Assembly (NCBI GenBank): GCA_951406725.2
Contig: OX597835.1
Span: 6,138,001 to 6,202,000, forward strand
DNA: 64,000 nt
Origin: Octopus vulgaris
Taxonomy: Eukaryota
Reading direction: 5' to 3'
Shown: positions 1 through 11,713 of the stretch, one piece after another
Numbering within the stretch: the first letter of the stretch is position 1
Layout: each line of letters starts with the position of its first letter
The notes under the pieces: generated by a model
Databases searched by the model: none
Told to the model about the DNA's origin: nothing
What the model saw: the letters and a program-made list of their open reading frames with translations, nothing else
Program-made: the position numbers and the translations under genes

Positions 1-655
1 AGGCTAAGTCGACCTCGGCGGAATTTGAACTCAGAACGTAAAGACTGACGAAATACCGATTTCTTTACTACCCAGAAGGAGCTAAGCACAGAGGGGACAA
101 ACAAGGACAGACAAACGGATTAAGTCGATTATATCGACCCCAGTGAGTTACTGGTACTTATTTAATTGACCCCGAAAGGATGAAAGGCTAAGTCGACCTC
201 GGCGGAATTTGAACTCAGAACGTAAAGACTGACGAAATACCGATTTCTTTACTACCCAGAAAGAGCTAAGCACAGGGGGGACAAACAAGGACAGACAAAC
301 GGATTAAGTCGATTATATCGACCCCAGTGCGTAACTGGTACTTATTTAATCAACCCCGAAAGGATGAAAGGCAAGGTCGACCTCGGCGGAATTTGAACTC
401 AGAACGTAAAGACTGACGAAATACCGATTTCTTTACTACCCAGAAGGAGCTAAGCACAGAGGGGACAAACAAGGACAGACCAACGGATTAAGTCAGTTAT
501 ATCGACCCCAGTGCGTAACTGGTACTTATTTAATCAACCCCGAAAGGATGAAAGGCTAAGTCGACCTCGGCGGAATTTGAACCCAGAACGTAGCGGCAGA
601 TGAAATACCGCTAAGTATTTCGTCCGCCGTACTAACGTTTCTGCCAGCTCACCGC
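1..655 (-). mobile_element. tRNA-derived SINE (family C) with body amplified as a ~184-bp tandem array (about 3.5 units, runs off the window edge)
   Basis: Unit GTCGACCTCGGCGGAATTTGAAC...CCGAAAGGATGAAAGGC recurs at ~1, 185, 369, 553. Minus strand begins GCGGTGAGCTGGCAGAAACGTTAG (A-box-like) ... GGGTTCAAATTCC (B-box-like), followed by GCCTTTCATCCTTTCGGGG...AAGTACCAG, which resembles the conserved Meta/Sauria-type SINE central motif. Confidence 0.85.
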
Positions 656-656
656 T

Positions 657-799
657 TTAGGACACCGAATACCGCGTTATTAGCTTTGAGATTTCCTCTC
701 ACTTAGGCGCTGGGGGCATTGTCTGTGAGTCCTTTTATGCATCAAGCGCCTAAATGAGAAGATCTCTTAAGGTTAATAACGCAGTATTCGGTCTTCTAA
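657..799. repeat. Imperfect inverted repeat, ~55-bp arms (657-711 / 745-799)
   Basis: ACCGAATACCGCGTTATTAGC...CACTTAGGCGCT is complementary to AGCGCCTAAATG...GTTAATAACGCAGTATTCGGT. Confidence 0.85.
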
Positions 800-854
800 C
801 AAGGCATGCATGCTAAGTTGGTTATAAAGATTACCATTTATAATAATGTTTCAA

Positions 855-1265
855 AGGCCAGCAGTTTCAGGGTGGGAGAGTTCATCGATTACATCAACCC
901 CAGTGCATGACAGGTACTTTATTTTATCGACCCTGAAAGAATGAAAGGCAAAGTCAATCTCGGTGGAATTTGAACTCAGAACATTTAGAACCGGAAGAAA
1001 TGCCGTTAAGCAATTTTTCCGCTGCTTTAGAGTTTTTCCAGCTCACCGCCTGATAAATATTTGTTTCTATTTTAGGTATGAAATCTTGGAAGTTTGAGAA
1101 GTAGAGGTTAGATGATACTATCGATCTCAGTATTTGACTAGTATTTTATTTTATCGATCCCGGAAGGATAAGTGCAAAATTGGCCCTGACAGGATTTGAA
1201 CTCAGAAAGTTAAGCATTGTAACAACATATTGCAAAGAATTTTGTTGGATTTTTCTAATGTTTCT
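855..1265 (-). mobile_element. Two further diverged family C SINE copies (about 855-1051 and 1065-1265)
   Basis: Same ATCGACCC..GAAAGAATGAAAGGCAAAGTC...GGAATTTGAACTCAGAA motif as 1-655. Confidence 0.75.
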
Positions 1266-2079
1266 AAATAGTTTCTGGTAAATGAACTAAAACCAAAAGT
1301 CAAGATTCTTCAGCTACGATAGAATTACACGAACGACGGCACTGGCAAAAAACACCAAAAACCAAAAATTTATTTTTTTAAATTTATATAAAAGCAAAGA
1401 AAAACAGAAAAAAAAAAAACTAAAGCTAAAGTCTCTGCATTTTCAGATTTTCAGGACAGGTTGAACTGGGTCGTTGAGTGGGAAGGCAAATGGCATTAAC
1501 TGTCTTATTAAAATATATGAACAAATAATATTATTCGTTTATTTTTAAATATTGTCAACGATTCTTTTGTTGAAAGCATTTTTTGATGACAGCGTTTTTT
1601 TCTCTTTCACTTTTATCAAATTAATTGTGTTTTCCGTTCTGTTCGGTGTCTCACCTGTAAAATCTCACTATTCTTTCCCATATAACAGATATATATGTCA
1701 TTTTATGTATGTGGATGGATTCTTTAGAAATTTTGCCAATATTTAGTCGTGGTCATTTTTTGAATTATATTTATTTCATTTATTTTATTATTTTGTTACT
1801 TTTTCGTTTGGAGTTACGATTCTTTATTTTCAGTTGATTTGTTTTGCATTTTTTTCTTTTTCTGTTTACGTTTTTTTTTTTTAAGCTTCTAAGCTTTTGT
1901 AGTTTTTATTGTTCTTTATGTGTCTCTGTCGCTTCTTTTTAAATTTTCATGCTTGGATTATATATGGACCACATTATATATTCAGCAGACATCAGTCGCC
2001 ATACAAACTCATACGCATAACCATCCACAACCATACAAACGTACGCATTCATGCGGCTTCCTCGTATTTATTTGTGTGT

Positions 2080-2706
2080 GTCTACATATAATCACACACG
2101 TACATATATGTATGTATCAAAGTGCGCTTGTGTGTGTGTATATGTAAGAATGCATGCATTCAAAAACAATAATATATATATATATATATATACATATACA
2201 AACACTTTTGTCCGCACACACAAAAACACACATATATGTACATTATATATATATATATATATATATATACAACATATATATAGCTATATACATTATGTAT
2301 ATATACATATACACTATATATATATACCTATATACATTATATGTATGCATGTATATGTATATATTATGTATATATGCATATATACATTATATATATATAT
2401 ATATATATACATATAGTATGTATGCGTGTATATATATAAATATATATATACATCATACATATTATATATATACACATATAAAGGCTATATATACACATAT
2501 ATACATTACATATATAGACATAAATATATACACTGTAGATATATATATATATACATATATACTTTATATATATATATATATATACACATACACATTATAT
2601 ATATACATGTATATATTATATACATTATATATGTATATATATATATAATAATAATGCAATACGAATGTGCATTATTATTTTCATTAAAACTTCTTCCCTG
2701 TTCTTG

Positions 2707-2758
<52 letters not shown>

Positions 2759-2949
2759 GCATGCATATATGCATACATACATACATACATACATACATAC
2801 ATACATACATACATAGAAGCAAACATACACAGAAACACATATGTACACGGGTCTGCTCCTACAATAAAATGTGACCGTTAGCAAGTTATAAATCAGACAC
2901 GATCACACATTTCCATGCACAAACTCTTCCAAATCTCATTAAAAGACAA

Positions 2950-2985
<36 letters not shown>
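2080..2985. repeat. Degenerate (TA)n/(TACA)n microsatellite field
   Basis: Directly visible simple repeats. Confidence 0.95.
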
Positions 2986-2989
<4 letters not shown>

Positions 2990-3880
2990 TAAGCAATCAG
3001 TTAAATACAAATACATTCATCACCACCACCACTACACAGCCCCACACACACACGCACGCAAACACACATACACAGACGTCATGTAAAGTGACGCACGAAA
3101 GATAATACATATGTATAAACGACTGTATCTAGACGTCACTGTAAATAACGATTTTAGAGTCATATAAATTCGCGTGCGTATTTAGAATGTATATAATTAA
3201 TATAAGGATAGATAGATACTTAGATATAAATATACATATATATGTATTTACATACATATATATATGCATGCAAACATGCAAACATAGATCATGCATACAA
3301 TTTAAAAGTGTAGTGAAAGGCCGGACATGTTAGCAAATAGTTTTGTTAGTAAACATTTCCACACTCCAAGCTCTTTGAATACAATGATCATAAAATAGAA
3401 AGGCTAGTGTGCGGAGTTCGAACCACGTCCTATCGTCTTATTGTTTTTTTGTTATGTTTTGTTTGTTTGTTTTTTTGCTTTGGGATTTTGTGTTTTTTTG
3501 GGGGGGGTTGGGGTTTTTTTTTTGCTTTTAATATCTTGGAAGTACGTCGATCAGCTTGTGAAAGCACATGTACGTTATATAAAACTTTAAAATATTTTTC
3601 AAAAAATGTTATCAGTGGCCAGTATATCAAAATACCTTTTTAAGGGTGAAAATTATAAACAATTATATATAAAGGCAATCCTTGTGGATGAATCCAGAAA
3701 TCGGTCCGATTCGGGAATAACGAATTTTTAATATTTCTGTTTGCCTTCTTCGTTTCAGCACCCTGTATATTTGTAGTGAAAAATATTTATTTCTTTACTT
3801 TGTAGTGAAAAATATTGTATGTGGTCAGACGAGCTAAGGTCTATTTTTCAGCATATTGGCATAGAATTTTTTTCTTTTGC

Positions 3881-3975
<95 letters not shown>

Positions 3976-4091
3976 GTAGGTACTGCAAATTTAGGGTGAA
4001 TACTTGATAAGTGTAAGCACCTGTATACGCCAGATAGTGGCAGAGGTGAGAGAGAATATATCAAATGAAATCAAAAACAGAACACAGAGGA

Positions 4092-4189
4092 TATCGCGGT
4101 ACACGTGTTTCAAGCTTTATAAACGACCTGTTCCTATATCAGTGTATAACAGATATAAAAGATGGTTTAAAGCTCTCTTCAGCCGCATA
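4092..4189 (-). ncRNA. Type I hammerhead ribozyme motif, probably in a Penelope-like element remnant (~3975-4330)
   Basis: Minus strand: UAUGCGG-CUGAAGA-GAGCUUUA...UAAAGCUU-GAAA-CACGU-GUA|CCGCGAUA. Core intact, stem I (GCGG/CCGC then UAU/AUA), stem II 8 bp, palindromic stem III (ACACGUGU), GUA cleavage triplet. Confidence 0.75.
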
Positions 4190-4911
4190 CATTGTTATTC
4201 CAAAGAGTTACATCACACTATAAAAAATATGAAAAGTACATGTAGTATTACCCATTATAATAGGTATATCATATCTCCTTGAGAAAGTGTATTTGTAAAA
4301 TTTCGTAACTTATTAAAATGTTAAATTTAACATTCACTCTATGTTGACTAGTGATACAGTATGGACAGATTTTCGAAATCCAATGAACCTTTATACAGTT
4401 ATACAGTTACTTTCATTTACAAACACACACTGTCTCTTCCACTCTTTCTATATATATCTATCTATCTGTATATCCATTTATCTACGTATCTATCTATCTA
4501 GCTATCTATCTATCTTTAGACATACACACATACACAGACTGTGATACTCATGCTCTCTTATGCAGTCATATATGTTCACGCTTATATTGAGGCTAAAATT
4601 ATCCTGGAACACGGGTTCATATGCACACACACACACATACACACACATTCGCTCTCTATCTATCAATCTCTCTAACTTACATACATACGCAAGTTGTCCC
4701 TTACACAACCATATATATATTCACACTTCTATTGAGGCTTTTGAGTTTAAAATTATCCTTACGCACATACGAGTTCATACACACGCAGAAGTATACACAC
4801 AAACAAGTATACACAAACATACACTTAAAAAAAACACTCACACAAACATTAGACAAACACAAACACACACACTCACATAAAATCACATCTTTTAATACAT
4901 AACACTAATGC

Positions 4912-4946
<35 letters not shown>

Positions 4947-5371
4947 GTTATACACTTAACTATACACCACAGAGAGATTATTTTTATACAGCTTTATACA
5001 TTTGTGCAAAAATCATTTACTCACACCAGCATATACCCACATATACACACACATTCACATAAATAAAAAGTACGCACGCATACATATACATACATCCAGT
5101 GGCCAAAGGCGAATCATAGGAATTGGAAAGACTATACGATATGTTATGAAGGGTTATGTGATAGCGAGAGGCAATATGTGATATCCAGAAAGACACAAGA
5201 GGATGAGTGCATCGGATAATCCCTCGCTAAATGAAATGGTTTACTAAGAGAAATAATAGTGAAAGAGTTGATTGATTTCGTTAAAGTAATTAAAACACGA
5301 AGCACAAACAGATTCTCATTAATCCAGGGTCAAAACCTCCATGTTTATCCCCAAATATGTATGTGAGTGCA

Positions 5372-5416
<45 letters not shown>

Positions 5417-5481
5417 AAATGTATATATCAGATATATATGTGTAAATACATATATACATATATGTACATACACACATATAC

Positions 5482-5518
<37 letters not shown>

Positions 5519-5520
5519 CA

Positions 5521-5632
<112 letters not shown>

Positions 5633-6339
5633 CTTTGGCATTTTTTATGTTTTCTCCTTTATTATCCTCTTCTCTGTACTTTCCACTTAGATAAATGGAC
5701 GTTTGAACAGAGGGCTTTATACAGTATCAAGAAACGAAAGTTGAGTCAATCAGCGCGTATTTTACGTTGTGATCGTCCAGTTTGCTGCAAACACCAACCA
5801 AATCTCCGCCCCCTTCAAATCACGTTCTGCGATCTTAAAAGCAAAGTATACAGACTCATTGTAAAGTGTAACTCGCAGATATAGAAAAAGAAAAGGCGAG
5901 GTAGAAACGGCTGGAGTATATTTGATCATTGGTTTTAAGTCTGAACGATTAGGGTTGATCTCGTGATGACCATGCGCAAGAAGAGATAAGAATCGAAGAT
6001 AGCCATATGCCAACCAACTTACCTACCAACCTACCTACCTACCTACATACATACATACATACATACATACATACATACATACGGACATACATACATACAT
6101 ACATACATACAGACGGACATACATACATACATACATATATACATACATGCATACATACATACATACAGACAGACATACAGACGGACATACATACATACAT
6201 ACATACAGACTGACATACATACATACTTACATACAGACGGACATACATACATACATACATACATACATACATACATACATACATACATACATACATACAT
6301 ACATACATACATACGGACATACGGACATACATACACATT

Positions 6340-6590
6340 TACACTTTTTGCGCCCTTTTAAAGCCTAGCCAGACTCATGGGCTCGGTTTCAATGGCGTAT
6401 GTGTTCCCCAGCTGGACGAGACGCCAGTCCATCGCAGCGTTACTAATTTTTGCCGGCTGAGTGGACTGGAGCAACGTGAAATGAAGTGTTTTGCTCAAGA
6501 ACACAACGCGTCGCCCGGCCCAGGAATCGAAACCACAATCTTACGATCATGATGCTGACACCCTAACCCCTAAGCCACGCGCCTCCACAC
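6340..6590 (-). mobile_element. tRNA-derived SINE, family A (body variant 2, tail with GCGATGGACTGGCGTC.CGTCCAGCTGGGG)
   Basis: Minus strand GGAGGCGCGTGGCTTAGGGGTTAGGG...GGTTTCGATTCC Pol III head, then CORE-like TGTGTTCTTGAGCAAAACACTT. Confidence 0.8.
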
Positions 6591-6888
6591 ATATGTACTT
6601 AGTCATACATAAATACGGTCATATATACACACATACATACATACATACATACATAAATACATACATACATACATACATACATACATACAGACGGACATAC
6701 ATACATACATACATACATACATACATACATACATACATACATACATACATACATACATACATACATACATGCATACATACATACATACAAGGTTCATTCC
6801 AGAAATTTACAGATCTTTTAAGCGAGGCACTTATAACTGTCCTAGACTATTGTAATGTTAGAATTTCGTTACTGTACATCTAATAAGC

Positions 6889-7150
6889 GTGGAGGCGCAA
6901 TGGCCCAGTGGTTAGGGCAGCGGACTCGCGGTCGGAGGATCGCGGTTTCGATTCCCAGACCGGGCGTTGTGTGTGTTTATTGAGCAAAAACACCTAAAGC
7001 TCCACGAGACTCTGGCAGGGGGTGGTGGCAACCCCTGTTTTACTCTTTCACCCCAACTTTCTCTCACTCTCTCTTCCTGTTTCTTGAGTAAGGTTGCGAT
7101 GGACTGGCGTCCCGTCCAGCTGGGGGGAACACATACGCCAGAGAAATGCT
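6889..7150 (+). mobile_element. tRNA-derived SINE, family A (body variant 1, same tail type as 6340-6590)
   Basis: GGAGGCGCAATGGCCCAGTGGTTAGGGCAGCGGACTCGCGG...GGTTTCGATTCCCAGACC head, nearly identical to the copies at 17351 and 21131. Confidence 0.85.
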
Positions 7151-7369
7151 AAGTTCATTCTTACATGTGCACATATTCGCTGTTTTCTCTCTCTCTCTCT
7201 TTCTCTTCATTTCTCACACAAACTGAAGAACGAGAATACTATGTACACCAATCTACAATATTTATTTTGGGCCGTAAACTTATGATGAAGTCATAAGGGC
7301 ACTTTCGTGATATTTAAGGCATCTAAACGTGGCCGGATCCATCAGTGTTAGACTTTGACCCCAACCACT

Positions 7370-7416
<47 letters not shown>

Positions 7417-7433
7417 GTGTGTGTGTGTGTGTT

Positions 7434-7466
<33 letters not shown>

Positions 7467-8541
7467 TGTATGTATGTATGTATGTATGTATGTATATGGG
7501 AAGCTAGACTGAGAGACTGAAAGAAAGATTCGCCCCAAGAACTGGAGTAGTTCTTTAGTCATCGGCCTGCAAAGGCTGAAAGATGAAATGAACGTGGCTA
7601 TATTCGATTTGAGAGCGATGAATACCAGAAGGAATACCACAAAAAAGTTCATCCGATGCTCCGCCGAGCGACCCTGGCAGTTCGTTGCCCGATACACTAA
7701 TTTACTTGTATATTCAGGAAATTCTATATACAAGTAAATGTTCAGACTCCTTCCAGTCTGAAAATGTTTTAATTGTGTAAATTACAGAACTTCCTATGAG
7801 ATATAATTGTGTCGTCTGCACACGTTGAATGACCGGCGTCTGCTGCAGCAGACGATAACGACGCCGACGACGACGATGACGATGACGATGATAAAGATAT
7901 TTCTGTTTAAATACGAAACCAAATTAGTCCAAGGCATCCGACATCTTTTGCCCAAAAGACTATCTAATTATTACTTAGTTCAAATGAGACTTCTAAGTTT
8001 GTATACCACCCACACACACACACACACACACCCTTGCATATCCCACACCTACACACGCGCGTGCGCATGCACACATCTACACGTACATACATGCGTAAAG
8101 TGACCTGCTGAGAAAAAGAACTCAGAGTGGCAAGTGGCATGAATTTGAGGAACAACGACAAAGATAGGTATACTAAATAACATACAAGATAAATTCTTCA
8201 TTTATTCCAAATAACTTCGCTTCGAGAAAAATCTGAGCAAGTACTTAATGAGAATTGGAACATTCTCAGTTGGAGAAAGGGAGACAAACTCAGCCAATCT
8301 ACAATCTTCCGGAATTGGCGCACCATTAAGAAAAAGAATGTTTTGACGTGTTCCTCCCTCATTTCGCATCATCAGCACAGCAGATGCGATATCTTGACTA
8401 CAGTGTGATATAAGACTCAGATATATACAAAGGGAATATATAAAGCATATATAGCCTAAGGTAATTTGTATAATTATAACAACTGTTAAACATTAGATCT
8501 AGAGAGAGGGAGTAAGACAAACAGACAGACAGACTGGCAGA

Positions 8542-8573
<32 letters not shown>

Positions 8574-8670
8574 TACATACATAGACAGATAGATAGATAG
8601 ATACATACATACATACATACATACATACATACATACAGACAGACAGACAGACAGACAGATAGACAGGCAA

Positions 8671-8744
<74 letters not shown>

Positions 8745-9287
8745 GCCCAGTTAAACCCTACATAAAGGAATACCTTTGTTTTGGGTTTATCTTTTGATAT
8801 TAATCTACTCTATAGACTGCCAATAATAATGTCGAACTACTACGATTCCAGCAATGACACAAACGAAAACCAAAACTGGTTCTACGAATATTTTTATGAA
8901 ATGTTGCGGATAAAGCAAAACGGTTAATAAAATTCCCAAAGTAACATGGTTACGTATTCTTTGAGAAAACCTAAAATTGCGCGAGTGAAGCAGCGGACCA
9001 TTTTAGTTTTGTTACCTACTTTAAAATTAATCGACTTCATTTCATTAATTAAAATCCTTTGAATTTAAAACCATCCAAGCTTACATTTTGACTTAATTAA
9101 AATGTTATTAAAAACGTGATCACATAATAAAATATGATTTTATTTAAAATAAAGCAATAATATTTGAATTTATATAACGTTGCTAAATTTTCAATAATGG
9201 AATTGTCGAAATGAAATTTTCTACAATGCAAAATATTGATTGCAATTCTGCCAACCAGAATCTCCTCCATTAAAAACGTAGATATCC

Positions 9288-9369
<82 letters not shown>

Positions 9370-10054
9370 TATGTGTGTATGTATGTCCGTACGCGTTTTT
9401 GTGAATACATCAGCAATGTTGATATTAAAATCTATAACACAAACTGAACGATTTGAAAGATATTAAGTTTTATGATAATTTAAAACAACCAATCACTTAC
9501 TGAGTGAATCATTAAATAATTTGTGATCTTTTTGGTCATTTAATATCATCCAGTATAAAGATGCATGCAACTTTTATCTTTTACTTGTTTCAATCATTAG
9601 ACTGCGGCCATGCCGTGGCACCGCCTTCAAGAATTATAGTCGGATGTATCGACTGTAGTACTTTTTCGCTTTTCAGCTTCGTACTTATTCTATCGTTCAT
9701 TTTTGCCAAACCACTAAGTTACGAGGATGTAAACACTCAAACACGGGTTGTCTAGCGTTGGTGGGGGAGAGCAAATAGCTACAAAACAAACATTTGAAGG
9801 TGTAACGACGTTGATGCAGTTTTAAAATGATTTCAGTGAAACCAGTCAAATTAATTTTGCTTCAGCTAAGAATAGAAAACCGGGACGCAGGATTGATTTT
9901 GGGAGAGATTAACTTGAAGAAAAACAAATTGGTCCCAATATTATTACCGAACTTGCTGGGATACGAACTCATAAAGTCACTATAGCAATTGTGCCAATTC
10001 GCCCTCTCTAAATATTTTAAAGATTGCAGTAAAATTTAAATATAAGTTGTCTTT

Positions 10055-10265
10055 ACTGTTGTTGCTTATCCTCGGATCAGCCTGGTTCTGCTCTTGTCTG
10101 CTCCAACTGCGACCATCCCAACATTTTTACTAGGAAGTCAGTGCCTAGGATCATAGTACCCAATATGTCCTTCTTTTCTAAGATGATAGGGTTGTCATTT
10201 TAGGGAGATTTGTTTGCTATTTCTAAACGCTCAATCGATCGCATAGTATTTTCCTCATTGGCTCG
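10055..10265. repeat. Dispersed SINE-like repeat family D, diverged copy; others near 5770-5960, 12270-12365, 23030-23180, 26800-26970, 31760-31940, 33800-33920, 35290-35390, 58890-59000
   Basis: Recurrent motifs GTTGTTGTTTA.CCCCAGGTCAGCC and GGGAGATTTGGCTGCTATTTCTAG...CGACCACGTAGAGG at many loci in both orientations. Confidence 0.6.
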
Positions 10266-10773
10266 TTAAAAAAAAAATTAAAGATGGCACAGATGGTATG
10301 TCACGCGATCAGTACGATGCTTCTTAGAACACTCCCTTCCTTTGAGAATCTAGAATAGAATCTAAATGTATGAATACATACGATCTACATGCTATAGCTG
10401 TAGAATGATTTGAACTCGTCGCTTCAAGCTCACGAAACACTCATCAGCGTTGAAGTGCTGCGACGGATTGGCAAAATCTTTTGAGTGGTATTTGGGTGCG
10501 AATCTATATTCTCTGAGTTCAAATCACACTGAGTTACATACAGACTTTCATCTGAATTGGATCGATGAAATGAAGCACCAGTCAAGTGCAAAGATTATCC
10601 TCACTGATTTGACCCTTTTCTCAAAAGGTACGGCTTTGAAACCTACACCAGAAATCATAGAAAAGAAATTACCAATTTTTCTGTAGTTTATAGTGGTGAG
10701 TTATTCCTATAAATATGGTACCTATTTTGCCTTTGATAGACTCTTCCATTTGGCAATTAATCGGTTTAAATGT

Positions 10774-10814
<41 letters not shown>

Positions 10815-10867
10815 GCTACGATAAAGAGAAAAGGATTTATTTTATTGAAACTTGTTTAGAGAGGAAA

Positions 10868-11713
10868 ATGTCTTCGTGTTTAGAAAGGAACGGCGCAGAA
10901 ACAAGTTTGGAAGGTCCGTTTCCGTTACCAGTTGGTTATTTTGAATATGTATTATTAGCAATGTCCAAAAATTTCAAGAGAGGTTTTAATGAAGTGAGGG
11001 CTTCTTTAAATCAATTGAAATACGAAGAAAACATTCCACTGACTCAAACCATAGAATTCGCCATTTTGCATTTGTTAATCAACACGCCCTATTATTGTAC
11101 ACTCGAGAGAAATTTGCTGACCGATATTTTTCTATATCTCCCCCCTTCCGATCTCAATTGTACTCCAAGTATTTTAGACCTCACCGAATTTGTGATCCTG
11201 CGAACATCTAATCACATGCGTCGAATTACGCAGCAGATTCTTCACCCAAAACATAATGTATGCACGATCACTTTGGTGTATTTAAAGTTGGACATTCTTG
11301 ACTTCATTAGAAATCGAATTTGGGAACGGTTTCGGAACAGGCTGCTTCATCCAGGCTTCGAAGAAATCCTTTACTACCAAGAAATCCGTTCAAATAATAT
11401 CACAATAGCCTTAAGTAAAGCGCAGCTGAGTTCAGTCCACAAAGATATCGAAGATATGATGATCACTTTTCAGGAATGCATAAATTTTCTTTGGAACACT
11501 CGACACATTCTTCCTCCATTAATAGTCGACCACTTGGAATCTCACCCTGACAACTGGACCTTAAGTACTATTCAGCTTTTTCATGAGACGTACCGAGATT
11601 TACTCTTTCCGCCTTTTGACACCAATATGGCGCCAATTAGGTATGATTTCGCTTCTATTTCTAGAAGGTTGTACCACCACTTAGGGGTTCCCCTCATTGG
11701 TCCTATGTATTAG
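10868..11713 (+). CDS. Orphan uninterrupted ORF, 281 aa from ATG 10868 (MSSCLERNG...GPMY), family unknown; frame continues to TGA at 11920
   Basis: 846 stop-free nt of complex sequence in AT-rich DNA, with globular-protein-like composition. AAAATG start context, TATAAA at 10708-10713, AATAAA at 12057-12062. The supplied ATG at 10715 reads through a (CA)n(TA)n microsatellite and is less plausible. Confidence 0.6.
   Translation: MSSCLERNGAETSLEGPFPLPVGYFEYVLLAMSKNFKRGFNEVRASLNQLKYEENIPLTQTIEFAILHLLINTPYYCTLERNLLTDIFLYLPPSDLNCTPSILDLTEFVILRTSNHMRRITQQILHPKHNVCTITLVYLKLDILDFIRNRIWERFRNRLLHPGFEEILYYQEIRSNNITIALSKAQLSSVHKDIEDMMITFQECINFLWNTRHILPPLIVDHLESHPDNWTLSTIQLFHETYRDLLFPPFDTNMAPIRYDFASISRRLYHHLGVPLIGPMY

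Noticed and set aside
1-655. Regularly spaced repeats resembling a CRISPR array, and CTGACGA as a hammerhead core
   Set aside because: Whole 184-bp units repeat with no unique spacers and no cas genes, in eukaryotic context. CTGACGA is a variant of the SINE's CAGACGA and lacks stem II and GAAA.
6889-6965. tRNA-like sequences at SINE heads (also near 17660, 21440, 27040, 50424, 55364)
   Set aside because: They have A/B boxes but no proper acceptor stem and run straight into SINE bodies; not tRNA genes.
10715-10867. N-terminal 51 aa of the supplied 332-aa ORF
   Set aside because: The ATG lies immediately after the TATA-like box and the frame crosses a (CA)n(TA)n microsatellite; ATG 10868 is more plausible.
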